This document shows positions 1 through 13,109 of a stretch of 64,000 bases of DNA, one piece after another. Below the pieces are notes generated by a model that searched no databases, had not been told where the DNA came from, and worked only from the letters and a program-made list of their open reading frames with translations. This stretch comes from Mantamonas sphyraenae STR306. Its lineage: Eukaryota; Protista; CRuMs. The stretch's first letter is position 1, and the number at the start of each line of letters is the position of its first letter. The translations under genes were made by a program, and so were the position numbers. The stretch lies in contig JAPMXV010000061.1 in NCBI GenBank assembly GCA_026936335.1, forward strand, positions 258,420 to 322,419. Direction: 5' to 3'.

Positions 1-3000
1 GCTGTCGTCCACAGAGTCCTTCACATCGAACGCAGGGTTCGTGCCACCCGCAATCGACAGCACGTCCTCTTCGTTGTCGTCATCACCATCGTCGTTGCCA
101 CCCTCAGCCTCAGCCGCCTCTGCGGTTCCGGAGGAAGAAGAGGAAGAGGAGGATGACGAGGAAGAAGAAGCCGCAGCTTCGCTTGCATCCACCTTGGCTT
201 TGCCTTTGTCGTTGGTCTCGTCGGCGGAGCCGATGCTGTCGGATTGGCTGGCCGCAACAACTTGGGCCAACTGCGCATCGGTGAGGTCGCCTTGGTCGTG
301 GCTGGAGTCTGCCTCGTGCTGAGTGATCCACTCGAGGGCTGCGCGGATATCCAGGTTTCCGGATGTATCTGTGCTCAGCTGCAGTCCCTGTGTGCTGAGG
401 GCACGGTCGAAGCCGAGCTCCACCAGCTCGTCCACACGGTGTTGCATCTCAAGCTCGGCGTCACCGTAGGTGGCGGCTGCGCTCGTGCCTCCGCCGGGGC
501 CACGGTAGTTGCGGAAGACGACAATGTCGTTGTACGTGTACAGCGACACACCGATGTGCACGCTTTTGCCCTTAAGGTCGTAAAAAGCGGTGCCCTGGTC
601 AACACCATTGATGGCAAACGCCAGCGTGCCCTCGTCCAGGTCCAGGGTCACCAGCACGACGTCGCCCGTGTGCAGGTATTCGCCATACGACGTCGAACTG
701 CCGTTGTGATACGTGTAGTGGTTGGCATAGAAGCTCCAGCCGGGGTAGGTGCTGCTTTGGCCAATGTAGCTGCGTGTGTCGTGGTTGTCTTCACACACGC
801 CAATCATGATGTTGCACGACTGGCACGCCTCCATGTACACCTCCCACGAGTGGCGGCCGCTGGAAAAGGCGCGGTCTGTGTAAACCGTGTTCCACACACT
901 GCTGTCGGTGCTGACGACACGGGTGCCCTGTTCCGACAGGGTCAGGCCGGAGCCCTTGCGCGAGCTCTCGGAGCTCATCTTGAGACGGCGCGACGCGCCT
1001 GCACGTTCGCCCTCCCACTTCATGTCTGTGCGCGTGTAGTGCTTCCACAGCGAATTGGCGTGTGCCTCTGCGTCTTCGCCCACATACATCGTCTGGCCGT
1101 GGTACTCTTGGATGGAGTAGTCGTACACGAGGTCGCCCATGCCTTCGTTGAACCTCCAGCACGCCAGCAGGTTGGCCTCTGTGCCCTGGATTGGGGCACG
1201 TGCGCGAGCACGCACCTCGTCCACATCAAAGCTCGTGCTCCACACGCGCACCTCATCCACCACTCCCACGAAACAGTCTTGCGCCGTGTACTTCTTCACA
1301 CGCTTCTTCTTGCGTGCCTGCTTCTCGGCGACCTTTTTCTTGGGCCTGCTCGCAAGCAGCGTTTCGCGCTCGGCCTCGACGCCGCCGCTGAACAGCCAGT
1401 TGATGCGCTGTTCCATTTCTGCCTCTGAGTTGCCGGTGAACTTGAGCATGGCCAGACCCACCTGTTCCGAGTCAAAGCCCATGGCCAACAGCTGCTGTGC
1501 ACTCGGGTCGTCCTTGTCAAACAGTTGCTCCTCCTCTGCCTCTGCCTGCTTGCGCCGCTCCTCCTCCTCGCGCAGCTGCGCGAGTTCCTCCTCACTCAGC
1601 TCTTCCTTCTTGGGCAGCAGGCGTCCACCCACCATCCATGCGTCGTTGTCCAGGTCTGCGTTGTAGCGGCGGCCCGTCTCCTGCGCAACCACCTTGCCGT
1701 TGTGCAGCAGGAACCACTGGTCGCTGTTGAAACACAGGCACAGGTACGTCCACGCGCCCACGTCACTGCTAGGAACATCGTGCGAAAGCAGGCACATCTT
1801 GACTCCGTCGGTGTCGTGGCGCACGCTGCCTCCCTGGTACTGACCGCCCTCGATGCGCAAAAACACCTCGTTGTCCTCGCCGTTGCCGTGGCTGATGATG
1901 TACTGAGTGCTGCCTTCTGCAGGTGCGCTCTCCAGCTTGATCCACGCCTCGATCGCCACGCGTCCGCTGAAGCGCAGCAGGCGAGGCGACTCCATGTCCA
2001 CAGCCAGGTTGCCGTCAAAGCGCATGCCCAGTCCTCCGCGGTATCTGCGCAGCTGGAACTTAAGCCTCTTGGAGTCTGCCTCTGTGCTCGCCGTGCCCTG
2101 GATCCATTCGCCGTCCTCGTTGAGGGAGCCCGTGTACGTTGTGGGCAACACCCAGTCCTTGTTCTTGCCGTCTGCCAACTTTTCTTCCACAAAGCGCAAG
2201 TTGCGCTCGTTGTCAATGGTGCCGCGGACCACAGTGGTCACCCTGTATGTGGGCCACTGGAGCACACCCGTAAACACCTCGTCGCGCACGTTCTCAACCA
2301 CCAGCATCATGGGCATCTGCACGCCGCGTGATTCAAACTGTCCGCGGAAGTGCATGCCCTGGCGCAGCGGGTTGGTTGTGCGCACGCCGCTGGCGCTGTT
2401 GTACAGCGGCTGCGCGACAACTTCCACCACAGGGTCCATTTCGGCCCACGCTTCGCGCACAAGCCACACCGTGGGGCGCAGCTTTTGAAGCGTGGTGTTG
2501 CTGGCCACCGTCTCTTGGCGCACACCGTTCACTGTCAGGAACACCTCGCGCTTGCGGTAGTCCTGGCCGATGCCGATGTTGTCGCCCATGTTGAAGTACG
2601 CAAAGTCGTCGTTTTGAGCAGAGGACGACGAGGAGGACGAGGACGCACCTGCACCCAAAGTGTCATCGTCTGCTGGCTTCTTGCCCATACTGCGTCCTCC
2701 GCGGCGATAGCCCACACGCTTGAGCTGCTTGGGGCCAAACGAAACAAAGGAAAGTTGCTTGGCAGGCGGTGCATCTTCGTCGTCCTTCTGTTGAGGCGTC
2801 GGGTCGGCGACAATTTCTGGTGCCAGACCGATGGCCACGTGAGTGCCATCGGGCACAAACACGAGGTTGATTTCAAAGTAGTCTTGCTCCAGCATGTCCT
2901 TTGCATCCTTGCCAGTTGTGCTGTGCCTCTGCTGGCACACGCCGCTGGCCGACGTGTACGCAACATCGCACGCAGGATGGCATGCACGCAGGCACGCACC

Positions 3001-6000
3001 GCACATCGACGGGACATTGCACGTGTGACACACATACATGCTTTGCTTGGTTTCGGATTCGCCATGGAGTGCGGCGGAGCAGCGCGCGCGCAGCGGCCAT
3101 TCAACAGGCAGTTGCATGGTCGCAAAGGCCTCGTGCTCCACGTGCACGGGTTCGGGCGGAGACGCGATCGCCTCGTCCAGCTTGCGCTGCACCTCTGCCT
3201 CGCGCTCAGCACGCAGGCGAGCGGCATTGATGCTGGCCATGTGGATGTCCAGATCGTTCGCGCGCTGGCGAAGCTGCTGCAGATCGACAAACATGTGGGT
3301 GTCCACGGGCTGCACGCTCAACTGCTGCAGCGAGCGCATAAGACTGCTGCTGGCAAGGAACGGAGCCAGGCTCGTCTGCGTGCGCAGCATGAGCTCGAGC
3401 ACCATCAGCGCTTGGCTCTGCAGATTGAGCCCAGCCGCACGGGCAGCCTCGGACGGCCACGAGGTGATCGCGTCCGAAGCGGCGAGCGCCATGACTGGCT
3501 CGTACACACGCGCAAGCTCGTCGGAAAAGGCAAACTGGGAAGGCTCCACAGGCACGTCACCCTCGGGCTGGATTTCCAACGCCGAGGCGTTGGCCACAGC
3601 CTGTGCAGCTGGCAGACTGCTGTTCTTGTTCACCGATGCGGTGAGGATGAGGTCGCGTGCGTCGTGGTCCCACTCGTCGTAGCTGTCCGACACGACGGCG
3701 AGCTGCCGCGGCTGATCGTTCCCTGTGAACCACACCTTGACGCCACGGCGCATCACATCCGAGTGTCCGCCCATGACGGCGAGCGCACCCATGGTGCGCA
3801 AGTAGTCTGCGGGAGCACGGTCATGCACAAACATGCGTGCCGCATCGCACGTATCCAGCGCATCCAGCTGCGCAGGCAGCTTCGACACGGCCTCCAGCAT
3901 CGTGCTCTCGACAAGCTCCTTCCACATGGGCGATGCATGCAGGCTTCGGAGAAGCATGACCATTTCCGCAGCCTGGCCCTGAAGCAATTCCTGCGGAAGC
4001 TGCGACGAAGGAGGCGCGAGGCGCGATGTCGAGGCGACGCTGTCTCCAATCATTTCCAGAAGGCGGTTGAGCAGCGACGCCGTGTCTGTGGCTTCGCTCA
4101 GAGTGATGTCGTCCAGATCGACCGCGACGGTGGACGACCCACCCGCTGCATTGACCGCCGAGTACATGGCGGCCACGTTTTCCGGTGTTGTGTCGCGCAG
4201 CAGTTTGCGTGCAAGGCGTTGGGCGACAAACACAATACCCGAGTCCGCCATTGCATACATGCTGTCGCTCTGCACAATGATGCGCAGCATGACGCGCAGC
4301 AGTCGCGGTTCGCGCAGAGATGCAGGTCCGAGCGGAAAGTCGGCCGCCATGCAGGCCACGTTCATGGCCCAATTCAGCGTGGAGCTGAAGCGAGGTGCCC
4401 ATTCGTGCACAATGCTATCGCTCACTGCGCCAGGCACATGGTCTGACCCGGCCAAGGTCGCAATTTCGCTGTCCGTCAGCGTGCGGTTGGCCACAATGGC
4501 AGTGCTCAACATGCCCACAAAGTTGACATGCGTGTTCTTGGCACCACCGCCGCCCAGCACAATGCCACTTGTCTGCATGAACGACAGATCGGCAGGCTTG
4601 GGCGGACTGTCCTCCGGATCGGTGGGCAGGCGTGCAATGCGCTCGGGTTTGCCGTTCAGGTACAGCATAAGGTCACCAGCTGCATTGCGCTGAACCACAA
4701 CATGGTTCCATGTGTTGCGCACGAGTTTTCTGCGCGAGTACGCCCGGCGGTCACCCAGAGCAAAGTTGATCTGGGCGCTGTTTGAGATCGTTGCCGACAT
4801 GGCCATGCTCTTTTGCTGGCCTGTCACCGCGTCTGCGGTGGACGTAAACAGCGCCACGTTGCGGTCCCTACGCGACGGATTGACCCAATACACCCATGCC
4901 GCCACGCAAAACGCATCGGTGATAGGATGCGCGTCCAGGTCATCCACAAGCAGAGTGCGTTTGCCGTTCATATGCATGGGCTGCGTCAACACGAGCCGGC
5001 CGCTCTCTGCAACCACCTCTGCAGACGCGGCGATGCTCGAGGGCGCGGTCGTGCTGCGCAGCTCGTCAAATGTAGTCTCCATGCCAGCAATGAGGTCGAG
5101 CAAGATGTCAACCATGCGCGTGCGCAGCTCGGCCATCTCCTTCATGCCACTTGTCTGACTGCGCTCGAGCAGCTGGAAGAGCAGGATTCGGAACACGCTG
5201 CGTGCTTGCGTACGGTAGCGGACAAGGTTGTCTCGCAGGACGGCCACGTTGCCGCGTGCGACAGAGTCGTCCTTGTGCAGCTCCAGGTCGGCCTGCAGCT
5301 TTTCGATGGCTTCGTTGCATCGCCAGCCGACGACCTGTCGCAGTTGCTCCAGCAGCTGTGAATCCAAAATGTACTTTGCGTCGCGGCCTTCGACGGGCAC
5401 GCTGACGGCGTTGAGGAGCATGGTCACCGTGTCCATGGGAATGTCCAAAGTACGCGTGAGACGCACCGTACTGTTGTCCCGCAGGTCAGCGTCGATGACG
5501 GCGTCCAGCGAAGGCAGCTGCTGCACCAGTTTCGCAAACACAGCGTAGAAGCTGCCCTCCACGTCTTCCATGAGCGACTGGCCACATCCTTCGATGTCCC
5601 GCGTAAAGTGCACCATCTTGGCGTATTCCTTGGGCTTGTCCTTTTCGCCCAGCGCACGCTTGGCCTCCTCCTCCAGATCCTCCTTGGTCTTGGGCACACG
5701 GTCGGCGACTTGCAGGCGTTCATCCTCAGTTGGCGCACGTTCCTCGCGCAGCACCGTGCACACAAAAGACATCAACTGCTTGAACGAGTCCTCGCTTGCC
5801 GTTCGGTTGGCAAACGGGCTGGCCACAGGACGTTCTTTTGAGGCGGCGTACCTTTGCAGCAGCTCGTGCATGGCGTCCAGAGCTTCCTTGCGCACGGCTG
5901 CACGCAGACTGCGCCGCTCCACGAGTTGTTCCAACGTGTCGACCTTTGCCTCGCAGCACACAAAGTCGAGGACCAGTTCGGGCATAAACACCTCCTGGTT

Positions 6001-7435
6001 GTCCTTTTCCTGGCCATACCTCTGCGACATCAGCGTCTTGAGGCGTGTCATGGCGTCCACAGCCTTGCGCAACTTTCCCCATCCACCGGCAGCAGAGGAG
6101 GAAGAGGAGGTGGAGGTGGCCGACGAGGGGTTGGCAAGGAGCGAAGAGGAACCGGCTGCGTCGAGCGACTCGTCTTCTGTGCTGGATTTGATCATGGTGG
6201 CAATGCTGCGGCGCGGCGCAGCGTCCATCTCCGAGTGGATGGTGGCAAACCGGAGAACAAAGTCGGCGCGCTGTTGCAGCGAGTCGCCGATGCGCTGGTA
6301 AACCTCGCTGGACGAGCCGGTGTCCGCAAGTTCGGCCTTTTGCGTGCGGATCCAGGCAAACAGCTTGACTGCATGCCTCCAGATAACGAGGATGTGATCA
6401 GGCACGGCTTCGTCTGTGTTGAGGTAGGCAATGGTTTGCAGGATCTGTTCGCTGTGCTTGAGCATCGCGGTGAACACGGCACGGAAGCCCGCACCAATGC
6501 CGGGCTTGTCCAGAATCTTGCGCTGCCAGTTGGTAAGCGGCAGAGCCTCGGCGAGCCGGACGTACAACGGGTGATCTGCGGCCTCACACAGATCAGCAAG
6601 GAAGGACTCGTGCTCAAGGATGGCCGAGGCAGTGCGTGTAAGGCCGCCCTTGCCCTTGAGAGGAGACGCCGTCGTGGTGGCGCGCTCGTCGTGTTTGTCA
6701 AAGCCCATGCGGAACAGAGGGGACTTGAACCAGTCCTCGTTCTCCAGCTCATGGCGGCTGAGCTTGAAGCCGACGAGCATGGTGGCAATGCAGCGGCCGG
6801 CGATCCAGGACAGGGTTTTGTTCAGCAGCAGGACCTGGCGGATGCTTCGATGCTGTGACTGGCCGAGAGGGCGTACAACGACCTGGAACGGAGCCATGGG
6901 GGCATCTCCTGCTTGCGACTCGAATCGGAGGGTTACCGAGCCGGTGTCCACCACAATGGGCTTCTGAGGCAACTTGTTGCGCGAGTACACCATCTCGTCG
7001 TTGCCGGCCGCCGTTTCTTTTTGGTCTGGGCGCAGAATGCGCACATAATTGTTGTCCACGCTCTCCACCTGTGCGGGTGCATCAGCAGCGGGTGCTGCGT
7101 CCGTCGAACTGGAGCTGGAGCTTGCGCTGGAGCTCGAGGGATTCTGTGCATCCTGTTGTACCTCTGCGGTGTTCTCAGATGCGGAAGAGGAGGTGGTGGA
7201 CGATTCGGAGAGCTCGATGGAGGAAGAAGAGGCCGGTTGCAGAGCTGAAAGCAGCTCATCGGTCTGCACAGCGTTTGCTTCTTCGGCAGAAACAGCCACT
7301 GCGACGGGCACCTCTTCGACTGCTTCGGTGGTGAGTTCGGTTGCCGTGTTTTCTGCAACGTCGTCGCTGTGCGGATCCTCGGCGGTGATGACTGTGGTCT
7401 CGGTAGCCTCGGGTTCTGCGGTCTCTGTTTCTGAG

Positions 7436-7467
<32 letters not shown>

Positions 7468-10400
7468 TGTTGAGGTGTCCACAGCGTGGTGGTTGGCGAG
7501 TGCACAGTCACAATAGAAGGATCCCGTGGAAATGGGGCCTAGGTTGTGGCCGTGGTGGCAGCTAAGAGAACACGGGATGCAGACGGCGCGGTCGCCTGTG
7601 TAGCCACAGGTGATGCAGTCGCGAAAGTCTTGGATGACGTAGGTGTCACCAGAATGGTTGTAGGTGCAGTCTTCAACTGTGTACTCGCCAAGGGTGCCTG
7701 AGCCCTGGCCTGCGACGACCTCGGTCTTGGGTTCGCGAGGCTGGTGCTCCTCCTCGCCGCAGTCGCAGTAGAAGGAGCCATGGATGACTGGGCTCAGCTG
7801 GTGGCCTGCATGGCAGGAGTTTGCGCACGCGACGCAGACACCAAGATTGTCGGTGTAGCCACACGTGATGCAACGGAAGTAGTCTTGCTTCTCGTAGGCC
7901 TTGCCCGTGGAGCGGAAAGTGCAGTCGTGCACTGTGTGCTGCAGGGGTTCGAACGTCAGCTCCACCTTGCTTGCGTAGGGAACCGTGACCGAGACGTCCT
8001 CTGTACGCGTCTCTGTGCCCATCCAAGCGGGCGACAGGATGCGTGTGTTGAGCCACTGCGGCCACGATTGGGGGTAGGTCACGTCGCCCTTGGTGGCGTT
8101 TGATGTCTTCATGTCCGTGTGCATGGTCTCGGGCAGCATGGCCGCGAGCTGCTCGGTCCAGGCGATTGCACGCATGAGAGTGGGCAGCAGCTGCTGGCTG
8201 AAGGGCACAAGGTCTGAGTAGAGGCAGAGTGCAGTGATGAGAGAGGGCGTGAGGACGCCCACGAAGCTGGAGTTGACAAACTCGAGGAGGTGGGGCTGCA
8301 GCAGATCGCCCGAGTTGACCTCGAGTACGAGGGACACAAGCTTGTCGCCTGCGTCGACCAGGCTGGAGGTGTAGTTGGCCAGCAGTTGCAGGTTGATGTC
8401 GTTGGTGCTGCTCTCTTGCAGGTCAGCAGGCAGTCGCTGGGTGACGAGCATCTTTTGGATGGCCAGAAGGACGGTGAGGGCAGAGGAGCGAGGCAAGATG
8501 GAAGAGGCCCCTTGGCCTGGGACAAAGGAGCGGATGAAGGTCATTGCCTCGGAGCCGACGACACCGAGCAGAGTATCAACAATGTCGTTCAGAGAGTCTG
8601 CGAGCTGTTGCAGCTGTTGGTCTTCGTCGTGCAGGAGGGCACTGACCGCTTCGATGTTGCTAAACTTTGCCAGGAGGTTGTCGAGAAAGAGCATTTTGGG
8701 CTGCGAAAAGTCGTTGCCTGTCGACTCGCGCTCGCGCAAGAGATCAGAAAGGAGCTTGGCCTGCTCGATGCTGGTGGGAAAGAAGATGTCAAAGCCAGCG
8801 GAGAGGAGCTCGCAGGCTTCGGCCTGGACATCGAGGCTGAGGTTGTCGCCGTCAATGATGCCAAGGAGGGGCTGACCGAGCTCTGCCGCGAGGTTGAAAC
8901 TGTTGAGGACAGCCTGGTGGATGTGCACCTTGAGGAGGCGCAGGCAAGCAAGGACAATGTATGCGGTGTCCGTGTTGCCTGCAGCGTTGTCGGCGTTGCC
9001 TTGCAGGCGCTGGAGGTTGTCGTGGAGCATGGCTGTGAGCAGCTCAAAGGTAGGCGTACTGAGCTCGTAGCCGAGGGAGCGAACGGGCACAGAGGGACAC
9101 GTGGGCACGGGGCTGACGCGGAAAACCTTGTTGGCCTGTTTCTTTGCGACCGAGGGGCGTCCGGGAATGGGTCCATAGGGACTGGAGATGCGGTCGAGAT
9201 GTCCAAGCAGCTGGATGGCCTGGACCGCGTCCTTGCTGGGCGCATGTACTGCAGAGGCCAGCTGTCGAGGGAGACTCCTGTTTGCATACTGTTTGATCTC
9301 GTGTGTGGAGGAGTGGAACGACCAGACGGAGTTGCTGACGATGTCGTAGCAGGCCGAGGTGGGCATGAGGGCATCGAGGAGTTGGATGGCGAGGAGGGTC
9401 CGTGTCTGGGTGTCAAAGGTAAGGCAGATGGGTGTTTCGCCCTGTGGGGCGCCGTTGAGCATGATGTTCACGAGGAGGTTGTGCACGTTCTTGGCTGGCA
9501 GGACCATGGCCAGACGATGGCCGTTGGTGAAGAAGGTGGCAGCAGCCACAGCCTCGGCGGTGAGCTCGAGCGGCTTTGTGTGCTTGGCAGAGTCTTGTTC
9601 GGAAGCGGAGGATGATGAGCCGGCGGAGTGCGAGGTGGGAGAGCGAGACACAGTGATGGCGTGCACGAGGGGCGTGCCCTTGGAGGCTTCAAACCTGAGC
9701 TCGAGGGAGCGCTGGTTGTCGACGTAGGCCAGGAAGCGGGCCTGGATCGGGTTGTTGGTGGCCTTTGCGTACATGTCAAGATTGGCAATGACCTTGGACT
9801 CGTTGACGTAGACAGAAAAGACACGCTGCTTGGCGCTGTAGTGGATGACTTCGGCAAAGTCGAGTGTGACGACGTAGAGACCCGTGGGCAGATCGATTTG
9901 GTAGGAAAAGGAGTCCTGTTCGGCGATGCGGCCGGTGTAGAAGATGGGATTTGCTTGGCAGTTTGCGGAGAGGTTGCTCGGCGGACGTACGTAGCACTTG
10001 CTGATGGAGTAGTTTGTGTCTGCTTGGTAGACAAAGCCCATGTTGCTCGGGGTGGCCGGTCCGCCACAGTTGACGGCAAAGACAACGTCGGCGGCTTCGA
10101 GGGTGGGCTCGAGAGCGGTCAACGGGGCGTCGTCAAGGAGGACGAGGTCGTCGGCAGGGGCGAGCTTGAAGAGCGACTCTCCGTCTGTGACAAAGCGCAC
10201 GCCCTGTTGGTCTTCGGGAAGATCGATGGGCAGTGGAGGGTGGTCGTCTGCAGCTGGCTGGAGGGAGTCGGCGGACAGGCATGCGTCGTTGTCGTCGCTG
10301 TGGTAGTAAAGGAGGCCACCGAGACATGCCAACGCTCCTGTTTCGCCGAGGCAAAAGGACGGGTTGTGTGCATAGACGCGACCAGGGGCTGTGCCGCTTG

Positions 10401-12491
10401 CGGCGGAGCCTGTGCCGAGCTTTTGCAAGCCGTCTGTGGGCGAGTGGATGTAGAGAAAGGCACCATCGGTGGCAATAGAGGCCGGGATGTCCGGATGTGC
10501 GTCGTCTGCGGTGAGGTCATGGAGGAAGGAGGAGAGGACGTGTGCCTCGTTCATGGTCTGCAGGTGCATGCGGATGGTGTGGGCACGGAGGGCGTCCAGT
10601 TGAGCAGCGATGTCCGAGGAAGAGGAGGAGGAGGAGGAAGAGGAGAGCATGCGGTTGGCAGTGCTGAGGAGGTTGTGTGTGCTGTGGCGGGCGAGGCCAA
10701 TTTCGAGGAGGATGGCGTTGACAGTCGGGTCGTCGATGTGGGCAAGGCTGTCAAAGACGGTCTGGAGAGATTGGTCGACAATGGGAGGCAGGGGTTGCTC
10801 GAGATTGGCGAGCATGTCGCGGATGAGGGCAAGGACCTGGGTGAGGGTGTCTGGATTGGAGAGGGAGCTGGTTTGGACGAGGAGGAGGACGACCCGGATG
10901 GAGTAGTTGACAAATGAGGAGAGGGAGGGGTCGGGGCTGTTTGCGGTGGAGGAGGACGAGGCATCATCGTCCGAAGAGGAGTTTGCCTTTTCGTCCTGTG
11001 CCTTGCGGTGGTTGGCACGGAGGAGGGCAAGGTGGACGCGTTTGATGAGGTTGAAGCGCTTGTGAAGGATGGCAGTGAAGGCGTCGTTGTAGCGTGCCGA
11101 GAGGGCACCGTTGTAGAGGGTCTGCACAGCGGAGCCGATGGCCTGTGTGTTGGAGCCGCCTCCGAGGGAGGCGGCTGCCTTTGCTGGGGCAGTGAGGGCG
11201 AGGTCGTTCTTGGGCCGGGGGCGAGGAGAATAGGCTGGTAGGATGCCGATGGCAGCAACCTCACTGCTCTTTTGCAGGGCAAGGACCTCTTTGAGAGAGG
11301 CAGTTTCGGCAGCGGCCTGCTCGACGTCGATGTCAAACTGGGAGACGGTGGACGGAGAGGCAGCGGCGGTGACGGGGATGAAGGTGACCATGTCTTCTGC
11401 AGTGTAGAGGCTGACGGCCGGGTAGAGTTCCTTGCCACCAAGGCCATCCCACGCGATGCCGTAGTTGTCTTCGTTCTTGCGGAAGGAGAGGGTGCCCTTT
11501 GGCATGTCGAGGGTGACGTGGACGACGTCACCTGTGGCAAAGCTGGAGCCGTAGGAGTAGCAGTTGCCATCATGGTAGCGATAGGAGCTGCCGTAGTAGG
11601 ACCAGCCTGGGCTGGAGGTGCTCTGGCCGAGGTAGTGTGAGAGGGCGTGGGAAGCCTCTGCGACGCCAATCATGATTGTGCCGCTTGTGGTTTTGTCGAT
11701 TCGGACCTGCCACTCGTGGACACCTGTTTTGATGGGCTGTGTGGTGAGCACGGTGACCCATTCTGAGTAGCCTGTTGTGGCTGCAGTGAGAGCGGGAGTG
11801 CCGGACAGGGTGATGCGTCGGTGCTTGCGATTTTCGTCGAGCTCAAACGCTGTGTGTAGTGGGCAAAGAGGTGTGGGCGAGCGCAAGAAACATGGGGGTG
11901 AACGCAAGGTGGGCAAACTTGTGTAAGCAAGCCGGAAGGGGATTCTGAGGGCGAACAGGCGACGGGACGGGGAAAGAGGGGTAGGGATCAAAGATCAACG
12001 CGAGAGGGGAAACACGTACTGGAGCCGCCTTGGCCGACAGACACGGCCGGGAACTTTTCGATGACAAAATCGTCATCAAAGAGAGTCTGTAAAGGGAGAG
12101 GGGGCGTAGGGAAGGACAAAAGAAGAGAGGGACGTGCGCGGAGGGCGAGGAACGAGCGCGTGAAGAAAGCGTCAGTGGAGAATTCGAAGTTGTTTGCGAT
12201 CAAAGGTGTGGGGCAACGGAGCAGAGATGTTTCCACAGCGACAAAAGTGGATACAGGTGTGGAGGAGAGGCATACGGAGGTGGATGGACGGCGGGTGGCG
12301 AGGGCGTGCATGCGGATGGAGCAATGGACGTGGATGCAAGGTGGGTTGTGCAATCATCAAGCGCAGGTTGAGCGCACCTGTTCGTTCATGCGAAGCCACT
12401 CCTTGTCCTCCTCAATGGTGGACTGGAGCTCCTTAAGGTCCAGCTGGCCTTCCTTGTCCAGAAGAAGCTGGGACGTGTTTGTGTTTCCCAT
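1..12491 (-). CDS. Giant HECTD4/MYCBP2-like E3 ubiquitin-ligase scaffold, 3'-truncated by the window edge. Model join(12491..12378,12086..12020,11849..<1), about 4,010 aa in window
   Basis: One minus frame is stop-free from 11994 to 1, so it is missing from the ORF track; the long + frame-1 ORFs are its antisense shadow. The GT..AG introns join in phase (MGNTNTS...MNEQ|TLFDDDF...GGS T|FELDEN). Domains read by hand: SPRY ~11400-11845 (GVHEWQV..IMIGV..GWSYY..GDVVHVTLDM..GTLSF); HECTD4/MYCBP2-type motif ATDGAFLYIH..GLQKLGTG..GRVY ~10360-10475; malectin ~9650-10085; two UBR boxes ~7500-7925; LamG ~4450-4990; degenerate SPRY ~2480-2900; LamG with UBA insert ~1090-2010; SPRY ~510-960; UBA ~315-435. 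The catalytic HECT/RING domain is not in the window. Confidence 0.85.
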
Positions 12492-12558
12492 GGAATGCCA
12501 GTGGTTTTTTGGGGTGGCTATGCCAGTGGAGAGCCGCGAGGGGCCAAGCAAGGAAACA
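12492..12558. promoter_or_regulatory. Candidate 67-bp bidirectional promoter (E3 / Nudix)
   Basis: Lies between divergent ATGs. Contains TTTGGGGTGG, a direct repeat ATGCCAGTGG x2, and GGAGAGCCGCGAG. Confidence 0.5.
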
Positions 12559-13068
12559 ATGAGCAAACGCTTCATGCCGGCAACGGTTGGATTCGCGCTT
12601 GTGATTTGTCGCAATGCAGAAGGCAAGTACCTGCTGGTGGAAGAGTCGCGGAACAGGGGCACGTGGATCCCTGCCGGAGGGGTCGACGAAGGGGAAACCT
12701 TTGCAGAAGGCGCCCTTCGGGAGACCGTGGAGGAGGCGGGGCTGGAGGTGGAGCTCAAAGGGATCCTGCGTGTGGAGCACTCGATTGGATCTTCGAGTGC
12801 GCGCATGCGTGTGGTGTTCTACGCTGTGCCTGTGGACGAGGAGGCGGTGCCAAAGCAGGAGGCGGACGAAGAGTCTGACGGGGCGTTCTGGGCGAGCGCG
12901 GATGAGATCCAGGCTCTGGCTAAGGAAGGGAAGCTGCGTGGACCGGAACCACTGGTGTGGTCGAAGTATGTGGAGGATGGGGGCTATGTGTACCCGCTGG
13001 GCGCCTACACGTTTGAAGGCGACGATGTGGCGGCCGAAGGAAGCCAGAGCTTCCAACCGTGTGCGTGA
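12559..13068 (+). CDS. Nudix hydrolase, NUDT18/MTH3-like
   Basis: Complete Nudix box GGVDEGETFAEGALRETVEEAGL. The flanks W.IPAG, MRVVFYA and EADEESDGAFW resemble NUDT18. Start taken at MSKRF, because the upstream part of the ORF overlaps exon 1 of the E3 gene. Confidence 0.85.
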   Translation: MSKRFMPATVGFALVICRNAEGKYLLVEESRNRGTWIPAGGVDEGETFAEGALRETVEEAGLEVELKGILRVEHSIGSSSARMRVVFYAVPVDEEAVPKQEADEESDGAFWASADEIQALAKEGKLRGPEPLVWSKYVEDGGYVYPLGAYTFEGDDVAAEGSQSFQPCA

Positions 13069-13109
13069 AAGCAAAAGCAAGCAAAAGGCAATGTACATTG
13101 TGGGCAGGC

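Noticed and set aside
244-11640. Long + strand ORFs (394, 698, 334, 441, 429 aa etc.)
   Set aside because: All are in the frame exactly antisense to the giant E3 exon and have no domain motifs; they are shadow ORFs.
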